NCBI RefSeq assembly: GCF_003367075.2
Contig: NZ_CP065936.1
Coordinates: forward strand, 1,890,001 to 1,922,000
Source of the DNA: Cylindrospermopsis raciborskii Cr2010
Lineage (GTDB): Bacteria; Cyanobacteriota; Cyanobacteriia; Cyanobacteriales; Nostocaceae
Direction of reading: 5' to 3'
DNA length: 32,000 bases
Under the pieces are notes generated by a model, which saw nothing but the letters and a program-made list of their open reading frames with translations, ran no database searches and had not been told where the DNA came from. This document shows, piece by piece, positions 8,118 to 16,450 of the stretch; position 1 is the first letter of the stretch; each line of letters starts with the position of its first letter. Both the position numbers and the translations under genes were made by a program.

Positions 8118-9718
8118 AAATGCCAACCTACTTCTACTAAGTCCGTAATCCAATCAATAATAGCTTTTGCCTTTTCTATGGTATCAGCATCATCACTAAA
8201 TCCTGATAATTTTTGAGCTAATTCCTCTTGATTTTTATTCATTTGATTGATCAAGGTAGTAACCAAACTTGGTTCAGAATCTTGACTAGGGAAGTAAAGA
8301 TCTAAAAAATGCAAAGCTGTTACCAAGGCTGTTATTTCAACCAGTTTAGTTTTATTGACATTAGTACGATCATCAATATCAAAAGCACGCCGGGATTTTA
8401 AATATGCCAAATCTTGATAAATGTGACTCCAATTTGCTTTTCCTTCTCTGTCTTTGTATTTGGTTAGAATATCCAAATAGTCCCAAGGACAAGTCCACTG
8501 AACATACTGACCACTGTTAAATAGTATGCGCATAGTTATCCTATTTCTTCCCCGAGACTTAGCTACTTTTTCAGCTTCCCGACAGTGTTGTAAAACATCT
8601 CGCTGAGGCACACTACCTGCTACCCAGACAAAACCAACACTCAATGAAATTTCTTGTTCATGTTTTTTCCATGTATCATTTAAACCCAGCAACCACTCAT
8701 AAGCAGTTAATGGGGAGACAGAAAGACTAGGATCTTGACTATAAATTACCCCTAAAAAGTCATCACCACCAGCATAAACTACCTTACCTAAATCGAATCC
8801 TCGTTCAAAATCTCTACCCCATTGTCGTATAGCTAGGCTGAAATTGTGAATTGCAGTATCAGGATCTTCCATCCTAGCTAGTTTTTGCAAGTGATATCCG
8901 ACTCTATCACCATCCCCCATAAACCATCCTGTCCACTGACCCTTAAAGGTTTCCGTTGGTTTACGTTGTATTTCTCTAAAATTTGTGAGCGATCGCTCTA
9001 TATTAATTCCCTTTTGAATTTCGTGCCATGTTATGAGACGTTTAACCAGTTCGGGAATACTGAGTTTTTCATTGACTGCAATAAATTTACCTTCGGGATT
9101 TTCTTCCTCCGTATTGTCGGTTAATTTAGCTAATTCAGTATAGAAATTTTGAATTTGTTCTTTTTCCCACCCATAATTCAAAGTTTGAGGATTGCGATGA
9201 CTTGAGCCCAGATCAGGGAATGCAATACCATCGGATCCACTTAAACTAGAACTTTCGCCAATCCAATTGACAGCGCTCCAATCGCGGGATAACTTTTTAA
9301 CTTCTAGGTCAGACATTGCAGCAATAATAGTATCACCAGAGCCTTGGAATACTTCCCATGCGTGGGAACCCCATAAACTCCATTCTCTCTCCCAGTAATA
9401 TGGACCACAGTTGGTAATATTACCCTCTATCCATTCTCGGCAATGTTTTAGTAATTCCTTCCAGGAACAGAGTATAATATGCTCAGCTGTTTCTTTTGTG
9501 AGTTCCCCCTTAATTAGAATACGATTGGGCATTCCCTTGAGAATGTTAGGACTTGCGGGAGAAATTAGCCTTAAATCTGGATCTTGATCCACATGTTTGG
9601 CTATTTTTTTACTTAAATAAGATAAAATCAGGGATGCACCATACAAGTCTCGTAGTTTACGGGACTTTTCGATGAAACCTTGTACGGGAGCAAAAGTGAC
9701 AACACTATACTTACCCAT
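8102..9718 (-). CDS. cas10: Cas10/Cmr2 without HD domain, GGDD cyclase motif intact (cassette A)
   Basis: 538 aa. It begins directly with MGKYSVVTFAPVQGFIEKSRKLRDLYGASLILSYL, the conserved block that in full-length Cmr2 follows the HD domain. Palm motifs WFMGDGDRVG and VVYAGGDDFLGVIY are present. First gene of the operon. Confidence 0.9.
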   Translation of the reverse strand: MGKYSVVTFAPVQGFIEKSRKLRDLYGASLILSYLSKKIAKHVDQDPDLRLISPASPNILKGMPNRILIKGELTKETAEHIILCSWKELLKHCREWIEGNITNCGPYYWEREWSLWGSHAWEVFQGSGDTIIAAMSDLEVKKLSRDWSAVNWIGESSSLSGSDGIAFPDLGSSHRNPQTLNYGWEKEQIQNFYTELAKLTDNTEEENPEGKFIAVNEKLSIPELVKRLITWHEIQKGINIERSLTNFREIQRKPTETFKGQWTGWFMGDGDRVGYHLQKLARMEDPDTAIHNFSLAIRQWGRDFERGFDLGKVVYAGGDDFLGVIYSQDPSLSVSPLTAYEWLLGLNDTWKKHEQEISLSVGFVWVAGSVPQRDVLQHCREAEKVAKSRGRNRITMRILFNSGQYVQWTCPWDYLDILTKYKDREGKANWSHIYQDLAYLKSRRAFDIDDRTNVNKTKLVEITALVTALHFLDLYFPSQDSEPSLVTTLINQMNKNQEELAQKLSGFSDDADTIEKAKAIIDWITDLVEVGWHLCSIT

Positions 9719-10042
9719 TTTCTCTAACTCGTGTTTGCTTATTCTATATAGTACATACTTAGAAGGTACACTTTTAACAAAAGCTCAGTTTTGTAACAAT
9801 TCTTGACATATCACAGACTTTCCTCTAGTGGGGAACACCAATTAGGGTAAAGGTTAATGGCTAGAAGTGAGTGCTAGGTAGACTTTCTGACTTACCTCAG
9901 CCGTATATGACTATGGCTACAAAACTTGTGTTATATTGTTACATTGCAGTCTTCTATCTCAAAGCAATTTAATCTACGGATTGAAAAAGTTTAATACTTT
10001 CCGCTCCCCAGTTTTACACCTTGAGAAAAATCAATAAGGAAC

Positions 10043-10324
10043 TTGATAATTGTGTATATTTCACGTCGCTCTGCCACTCTTAGAAACATTTCTGTTGCCG
10101 TTGTTAATGGAATTATCACCTTGGTAATTTTATTGATTGCGCCCTTGGGATTAGCAGCAGTTATTATCAATACAATACTGATAACATTTGCTACTTATTT
10201 TGTATCCAATATTGCTGATAGGATAGTATGGTGGTTACAGTCAGAATCGAGGAAAGATATGGAAGCTGGTGGAAACGAATATTCTGCTGTCAAGAAGTCA
10301 AATTTACAACGTTGGTGGCGTTAA
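10043..10324 (+). CDS. Hypothetical small membrane protein (two predicted TM helices), translationally coupled to cas1
   Basis: 93 codons from TTG 10043 (GTG 10052 is an alternative); no ATG start. Hydrophobic core ISVAVVNGIITLVILLIAPLGLAAVIINTILITFATYFVSNIA. Its stop TAA (10322..10324) overlaps the cas1 ATG (10324..10326) as TAATG. Confidence 0.4.
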   Translation: MIIVYISRRSATLRNISVAVVNGIITLVILLIAPLGLAAVIINTILITFATYFVSNIADRIVWWLQSESRKDMEAGGNEYSAVKKSNLQRWWR

Positions 10325-11316
10325 TGCAAACCCTGTATGTTTCTGAGCAAAACTGCTACATTTGCTTGCAAAAAGAGATATTAGTGGTAAAAAGAGGTGA
10401 AGTTACACAAGCACAAGTGCAGTTACCCTTATTAGAACAGATACTAATATTTGGTAGTTCCCAGGTAACCACTCAAGTAGTTCGAGCCTGTTTGTTGCGC
10501 GACATTCCTATTGCCTATTTATCCAGAATGGGTTACTGCTATGGCAGAATTTTACCAATATCGAGAGGATATCGCCAACTGTCTCGTTATCAACAACAAC
10601 TTTCTGCTATGGAAAAATTAGTAACAGCGAGGGAGATTATTAAAAGTAAAATAAAGAACAGTAGAGTATTATTGCAAAGACAGAAGAAAAAAACAGCATC
10701 TGCTAATTTAGAACGTGTTTTAGAAAGCCTTAATTATTTAGCAGAGCAAACTGCATCAGCTGACAGTTGTGAGAGACTAATGGGGATAGAAGGCGCTGGT
10801 GCTGCCCAATATTTTTCAGCTTTTGGGGAATGTCTTAGCAACGAGAATTTTATTTTTTTAGGTCGCAGTCGTCGTCCCCCTGGAAACCAGGTCAACGCCA
10901 TGTTGAGTTTTGGATATCAAGTGCTTTGGAATCATCTATTGGCACTAATAGAAATTCAAGGTTTAGATCCTTACTATGGTTGTTTGCATCAAGGTCATGA
11001 TGGTCATCCAGCATTAGCTTCTGATTTAATTGAAGAGTTTCGCTCCCCATTAATAGACTCATTGGTTATGTGGTTAATCAATCGCAATATTTTTGATGTA
11101 GGAGCTGATTTTGAGTTTATAAAAGGGGGATGTTATTTAAATAATTCAGGAAGAAAAAAGTTTTTACAAGCTTTTTTGCAAAGAATGACAGAGGAAGTAC
11201 AAACGGAGGATGGAACTAAACAACCAAAGTGGGACTTACTCACTCAACAGGTAAGAGCTTTTAAGCAGTTTGTTTACAATCCTGCCCATCACTATCGTCC
11301 ATATAGAATACATTAG
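10324..11316 (+). CDS. cas1: Cas1 integrase
   Basis: MQTLYVSEQNCYICLQKEILVVKRGE... is a typical Cas1 N-terminus. Also NAMLSFGYQVLWNHLLALIEIQGLDPYYGCLHQ and ALASDLIEEFRSPLIDSLV. ATG 10324 is preferred over the upstream in-frame start at 10228 used by the ORF track. Confidence 0.9.
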   Translation: MQTLYVSEQNCYICLQKEILVVKRGEVTQAQVQLPLLEQILIFGSSQVTTQVVRACLLRDIPIAYLSRMGYCYGRILPISRGYRQLSRYQQQLSAMEKLVTAREIIKSKIKNSRVLLQRQKKKTASANLERVLESLNYLAEQTASADSCERLMGIEGAGAAQYFSAFGECLSNENFIFLGRSRRPPGNQVNAMLSFGYQVLWNHLLALIEIQGLDPYYGCLHQGHDGHPALASDLIEEFRSPLIDSLVMWLINRNIFDVGADFEFIKGGCYLNNSGRKKFLQAFLQRMTEEVQTEDGTKQPKWDLLTQQVRAFKQFVYNPAHHYRPYRIH

Positions 11317-11397
11317 TTTTTCTTTACAGCAGAATGTCTTAATTTTATGCTGAATTACATTATAAGTTTATGGTATTATTAAGTGGTACTTCTAATT

Positions 11398-11679
11398 ATG
11401 TTTTTATATGTAATTGCCTACGATGTTCCTGATGATAAAAGGCGCAAGAAAGTAGCTGATTTACTAGAAGGTTATGGTCAGCGAGTGCAGTATTCCGTAT
11501 TTGAGTGTCAACTAAGCACACAGCAATATCGTGATTTGCATTCCCGACTGAAAAAGATTATCAAGTTACAAGAGGATAATATTAGATTTTATCCTTTATC
11601 TAAACATACCATTCCTCAAATAGAAGCTTGGGGAGTGGGAGTACCCATAGTGCAATTACCCAATTCTATTATTATCTGA
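11398..11679 (+). CDS. cas2: Cas2
   Basis: MFLYVIAYDVPDDKRRKKVADLLEGYGQRVQYSVFECQL is the canonical Cas2 N-terminus. 93 aa from ATG 11398 (track start is GTG 11383). Lies directly upstream of the leader and array. Confidence 0.9.
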   Translation: MFLYVIAYDVPDDKRRKKVADLLEGYGQRVQYSVFECQLSTQQYRDLHSRLKKIIKLQEDNIRFYPLSKHTIPQIEAWGVGVPIVQLPNSIII

Positions 11680-12093
11680 GTATTCATGCTAGGTAAAGTT
11701 TTAATCTATATGATATCTGTTTACTTTAGTCTAAGCAAAAATAAAATATACAATAAATTTTTTGTTTTTGAATACTAGTTATTTGAGCATGAATCAGTTA
11801 TAATGATATAGCTAGATGGGTTAATTAACGATTAGTATTGAGATTATTTATTGAGTATTAATTAAGGGCTAAAGTGATATTAATGACAGTAAATTCAGTG
11901 ATTAACGAATGAAATGCGAAGGTCAGGAAAAAACGCTGGAATGCCTATTATTTCGTCGGGAACCTCGCAGCCTTGTGGTGTAAGGGTTTCAGCCATTATT
12001 TTGAGGGTGGTAGGGGTGAAAAACAGAGAAAATTTGCTGACCTTCGCAAAGTGGGTCTAGACACCAGTCAGGGTAAGGGCTTAAAATGGAGGT
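11680..12093 (+). promoter_or_regulatory. CRISPR leader (AT-rich, between cas2 and repeat 1)
   Basis: 414 bp non-coding and very AT-rich in its first ~230 bp. It lies on the side opposite the degenerate terminal repeat. It contains a TATAAT hexamer at 11799..11804 (promoter status unproven) and a 12-bp inverted repeat at 11915..11926 / 12037..12048. Confidence 0.6.
11915..12048. repeat. 12-bp perfect inverted repeat in the leader (TGCGAAGGTCAG ... CTGACCTTCGCA) enclosing 110 nt
   Basis: Read directly: 11915..11926 and 12037..12048 are exact reverse complements. The right arm ends 46 nt before repeat 1. Confidence 0.9.
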
Positions 12094-15000
12094 CCCCGCT
12101 TCCCTCTGGGAAGTGGAATCAATGGAAACATCTCCCAAAACCCCCATGGGTTTGGGTTTGGTTCCCCCCGCTTCCCTCTGGGAAGTGGAATCAATGGAAA
12201 CAGGATCCTCTCCTCGAGAATTCTTTTGCGCTTTTGCACCCCGCTTCCCTCTGGGAAGTGGAATCAATGGAAACATTTGGTCAAAGATGTGAATAAGATT
12301 AGTTCTAAGTCCCCGCTTCCCTCTGGGAAGTGGAATCAATGGAAACTATTTTGAAAATCCAAGAACGAAGCATCAATGGTTTCAGGTCCCCGCTTCCCTC
12401 TGGGAAGTGGAATCAATGGAAACTGTATCCCGTTTCAACTGGTTCTGTTTCCAGACCCACTTGCCCCGCTTCCCTCTGGGAAGTGGAATCAATGGAAACT
12501 GCAACTAATAAAAACATCAGTTTGATTATCTTTTTGCCCCGCTTCCCTCTGGGAAGTGGAATCAATGGAAACCGTAGGTATATTATATTCTTTACCAACG
12601 GAAACTCAGTGGCCCCGCTTCCCTCTGGGAAGTGGAATCAATGGAAACTTTAAACAATCAGGAGAGACCTCCTGGTTATTTGGGCCCCGCTTCCCTCTGG
12701 GAAGTGGAATCAATGGAAACAGTCATAGACATCCTTGAACCAATAAACAGTTACAGCCCCGCTTCCCTCTGGGAAGTGGAATCAATGGAAACCCAGAGCA
12801 GTGGTGGCCTAGCCACACTGCCAATGAGTGGAACCCCGCTTCCCTCTGGGAAGTGGAATCAATGGAAACATTTACTCTGTGAGTTCCATAAGCAATTGCA
12901 TCATCTCCCCGCTTCCCTCTGGGAAGTGGAATCAATGGAAACGAATTTTGAAATCAAGATAAAAGTAGACGGGCTAGCCCCGCTTCCCTCTGGGAAGTGG
13001 AATCAATGGAAACTCCCCTGGTAGTTCCCCTCTAGCGGTTCCCCTCTAGCAGCCCCGCTTCCCTCTGGGAAGTGGAATCAATGGAAACAGATTTGATAGG
13101 GGTGGATTTGGCGATCGCACTAACACCCCGCTTCCCTCTGGGAAGTGGAATCAATGGAAACGATATTTATTACGTCGCTGGAAAATTCCAGTAAATTTTC
13201 CCCGCTTCCCTCTGGGAAGTGGAATCAATGGAAACCACTCCCGCTCAGGATCTTTAAGATCCTGAAAGTCCTAAAACCCCGCTTCCCTCTGGGAAGTGGA
13301 ATCAATGGAAACATAATAAAAATACTAGCTACTCCCTGTAAGCCTGATTATCCCCGCTTCCCTCTGGGAAGTGGAATCAATGGAAACGGGAGTGGTGTTT
13401 AGATGAATGGTTTAATAATTACAACCCCGCTTCCCTCTGGGAAGTGGAATCAATGGAAACGTTTGTTAAGCTTGCTCCTGTTCGGGTGCTTTTGCCACAT
13501 CGCCCCCGCTTCCCTCTGGGAAGTGGAATCAATGGAAACTTGGTACTATAGGACAAAAACGAGACTAGGGTGGCCCCGCTTCCCTCTGGGAAGTGGAATC
13601 AATGGAAACATTTGTTAATAAAGCTACGAATTGGTTAATAGAAACCCCGCTTCCCTCTGGGAAGTGGAATCAATGGAAACTTTTATTGGTATTGAACTGG
13701 ATAAAGATTATGTCGAAATAGCAACCCCGCTTCCCTCTGGGAAGTGGAATCAATGGAAACGAGTTGGGCAGTAAATCACTATCTACATATACGTAGCTCC
13801 CCGCTTCCCTCTGGGAAGTGGAATCAATGGAAACCCGAGGTAATCTACCAAGCTAACCAAAGTGTATAAATCCCCCGCTTCCCTCTGGGAAGTGGAATCA
13901 ATGGAAACAAGTCATGCAAACAAAACCTCCATGTTTTTAAACGCTTCTTCCCCGCTTCCCTCTGGGAAGTGGAATCAATGGAAACGTTCGTGGGAGATGC
14001 ACCAAAGAGACTTTGGATCCAACCCCGCTTCCCTCTGGGAAGTGGAATCAATGGAAACGCTCAGGGAGCTGCTGAGCTATAGGAACAAAGAATATCCCCG
14101 CTTCCCTCTGGGAAGTGGAATCAATGGAAACCGCCGCGGATGCGGACGCTTGTGCGACGATTTCACCGCCCCCGCTTCCCTCTGGGAAGTGGAATCAATG
14201 GAAACCTACTTCTTGGGGTGTCCAGGACTCATATTTATCTTCCCCGCTTCCCTCTGGGAAGTGGAATCAATGGAAACAAAAAATTTAACCTTCATAACCT
14301 AATCTCCTAATCAAAACCCCGCTTCCCTCTGGGAAGTGGAATCAATGGAAACTTGTAGTTGGGACGATCCCAACCCGTCTTTTTGTCATACCCCGCTTCC
14401 CTCTGGGAAGTGGAATCAATGGAAACCTGCCACCCTTCGACTGAAACCCATCCAATTTGGATGCCCCGCTTCCCTCTGGGAAGTGGAATCAATGGAAACC
14501 TCCACCCTTTCGGGAGAGCGCGGGTTAGTTTAGGATACCCCGCTTCCCTCTGGGAAGTGGAATCAATGGAAACCACCAGACTGACTTACTTCCGCTTCAA
14601 AACTTGTGGCCCCGCTTCCCTCTGGGAAGTGGAATCAATGGAAACCAACCGAATATCGTACCCGTACGAACTAAGTCCGTACCCCCGCTTCCCTCTGGGA
14701 AGTGGAATCAATGGAAACCCATTATTTCCCTCAGAATACCATGGTTGAATTTCCCCCGCTTCCCTCTGGGAAGTGGAATCAATGGAAACATATTAGTTTC
14801 AGTTGCTTAAAAAAAGATATTGACACCCCGCTTCCCTCTGGGAAGTGGAATCAATGGAAACTTCTCCAGTTGGTGGCAGGACTGTGCGCGTGGAAAAACC
14901 CCGCTTCCCTCTGGGAAGTGGAATCAATGGAAACTTTAAAGATCCTGAGTGGCATTGAGAATTTTAGTAAGGTCCCCCGCTTCCCTCTGGGAAGTGGAAT

Positions 15001-15753
15001 CAATGGAAACCTACCTGATGAAAAAACTGTTATCATTGGTCTATGGGCCCCGCTTCCCTCTGGGAAGTGGAATCAATGGAAACAGGCATCCTCTGGAAAT
15101 ACCCCCTCATACCGAAAGGTATCCCGCTTCCCTCTGGGAAGTGGAATCAATGGAAACATGCTGTAATAATTTAACTTGCTCATTTAAGTCATAGACCCCC
15201 GCTTCCCTCTGGGAAGTGGAATCAATGGAAACGCATTGGAATTCTGCTACAGATTGTCTAGTAGCGTAGCCCCGCTTCCCTCTGGGAAGTGGAATCAATG
15301 GAAACTTGTGGATAACTTACCAAAGTTCCGCCATCTAAAAGAATTACCCCGCTTCCCTCTGGGAAGTGGAATCAATGGAAACGTGATACGTTTGATATGA
15401 AAATATCAGAAAGTCATATCCCCGCTTCCCTCTGGGAAGTGGAATCAATGGAAACTTGTCACGGTTAAGCGGTGTTAACCCGGGTGAGTTTCAGCCCCGC
15501 TTCCCTCTGGGAAGTGGAATCAATGGAAACTCATCCGCACGGGGATGGTTGTTTAATACTTCTAGCCCCGCTTCCCTCTGGGAAGTGGAATCAATGGAAA
15601 CCTCTAGGGGAACAACTTGTGGTTCTGCTGCAGGAGTTCCACCCCCGCTTCCCTCTGGGAAGTGGAATCAATGGAAACATCTTAAAAATCCTGAGTGGTA
15701 ATGTAAAATTTAGCAAACCCCGCTTCCCTCTGGGAAGTGGAATCAATAGAAAC
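12094..15753 (+). CRISPR. CRISPR array, 50 repeats / 49 spacers, transcribed left to right
   Basis: 36-nt repeat CCCCGCTTCCCTCTGGGAAGTGGAATCAATGGAAAC, located by hand at 50 positions (first 12094..12129, last 15718..15753). Spacers are 34-44 nt. There are only two variants: repeat 42 (15122) starts with T, and the terminal repeat 50 has CAATAGAAAC. Orientation is supported by the leader at the cas2 side, the degenerate repeat at the far end, and the repeat ending in GAAAC. The internal hairpin is CCGCTTCCC/GGGAAGTGG. Confidence 0.97.
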
Positions 15754-15974
15754 GCATTGTCTTTAGGTAATTATTGCCACGAGCAATAAAAAGCATCTTT
15801 CTATTTTTATTGATGCTAGGGAATGGGGAGAAATTTAAAATATGAGAGCGATCGCCTACAATAAGCTATAAGATCGCACCTCCTCAACTCCCCAAACAGC
15901 GATTATTCATTTTTATTAAACTGGTACGTCTGACTCCTTCTGCGCTAAAATATCCTTAGTTCAAGGAATTGGCT

Positions 15975-16175
15975 ATGAAAATAAAAGCAATTATTTGGGA
16001 AGAAGACGGTGTATGGTGTGGTTCTGTACCAGCTTTACCAGGATGTCATACCTGGGGTGAAAGTTACGAACATTTATTAGAAATGTTGAAAGATGCTGTT
16101 CAAGGTTGGTTAGAAGTTGCTAGTCAGCAAGAAGAAGTTGAACCACAAAAACAGTTAATTGAGTTATCTTTATGA
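15975..16175 (+). CDS. hicB: HicB-family antitoxin (UPF0150-like)
   Basis: MKIKAIIWEEDGVWCGSVPALPGCHTWGESYEHLLEMLKDAVQGWLEV matches the HicB N-terminal domain pattern. The stop TGA overlaps the hicA ATG (ATGA at 16172..16175). Confidence 0.7.
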   Translation: MKIKAIIWEEDGVWCGSVPALPGCHTWGESYEHLLEMLKDAVQGWLEVASQQEEVEPQKQLIELSL

Positions 16176-16376
16176 AATCCGTTTCTGGTAAGTCTCTGTG
16201 TAAGAGAACGCTATGGATGGAATCTAAAAAGGATTACAGGTAGTCATCATATCTATGTTAGGGAAGGTATGAGTGTGATTCTTTCTATACCTGTTCATGG
16301 AAATCGTGATCTACCTACGGGTACACTGAAAAGTATTTTGAAAGATGCTGGTTTGATTGAAGAAGATTTAGACTAA
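16172..16376 (+). pseudogene. hicA: HicA-family toxin, disrupted by a frameshift near codons 10-13
   Basis: From ATG 16172 the frame reads MKSVSGKSLCKRTLWMESKKDYR and stops at TAG 16241..16243. The next frame, from about 16206, reads ERYGWNLKRITGSHHIYVREGMSVILSIPVHGNRDLPTGTLKSILKDAGLIEEDLD and stops at 16374..16376, which is a complete HicA body. Neither piece is in the ORF track (<60 aa). Confidence 0.6.
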
Positions 16377-16450
16377 TTTCGCCAACGCACTCCCTCCTTG
16401 TAAAGTCTCTTCTCTTTGCATCTGCTCTTTATAAAACAACTCATTCAAAA

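Noticed and set aside
9789-9946. GTAACA / TGTTAC elements in the cas10A-cas1 intergenic region, considered as NtcA (GTA-N8-TAC) sites.
   Set aside because: Neither copy has the correct GTA-N8-TAC spacing. Together they form a distant 9-bp inverted repeat, noted under the leader finding, rather than a transcription-factor dyad.
10228-10323. The N-terminal extension of cas1 in the 362-aa track ORF.
   Set aside because: The extension overlaps the small membrane ORF in another frame. The canonical Cas1 N-terminus (MQTLYVSEQ...) begins at ATG 10324, exactly at the TAATG junction.
11799-11804. TATAAT hexamer in the leader, considered as the array promoter -10 box.
   Set aside because: There is no convincing -35 element at 17-bp spacing (TAGTTA at best). 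The leader is so AT-rich that TATAAT-like hexamers are expected. It cannot be called a promoter without TSS data.
13252-13270. An apparent same-strand match between spacer 16 and spacer 39 (TTTAAGATCCTGA versus TTTAAAGATCCTGA).
   Set aside because: Spacer 16 contains the palindrome AGGATCTT-T-AAGATCCT, so it matches spacer 39 on both strands. The same-strand alignment needs a gap and decays immediately. The opposite-strand alignment is ungapped (14 identical nt, 18/22 overall) and codon-consistent, so I report that one.
11973-15789. About 25 ORFs of 60-154 aa on both strands in the ORF track across the array region.
   Set aside because: They are translations of the CRISPR repeat in its three frames (PASLWEVESMET, PLPSGKWNQWK, RFPLGSGINGN; minus strand IPLPRGKRG, SIDSTSQREAG), repeated with the array period. 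This is a repeat artefact, not coding sequence.
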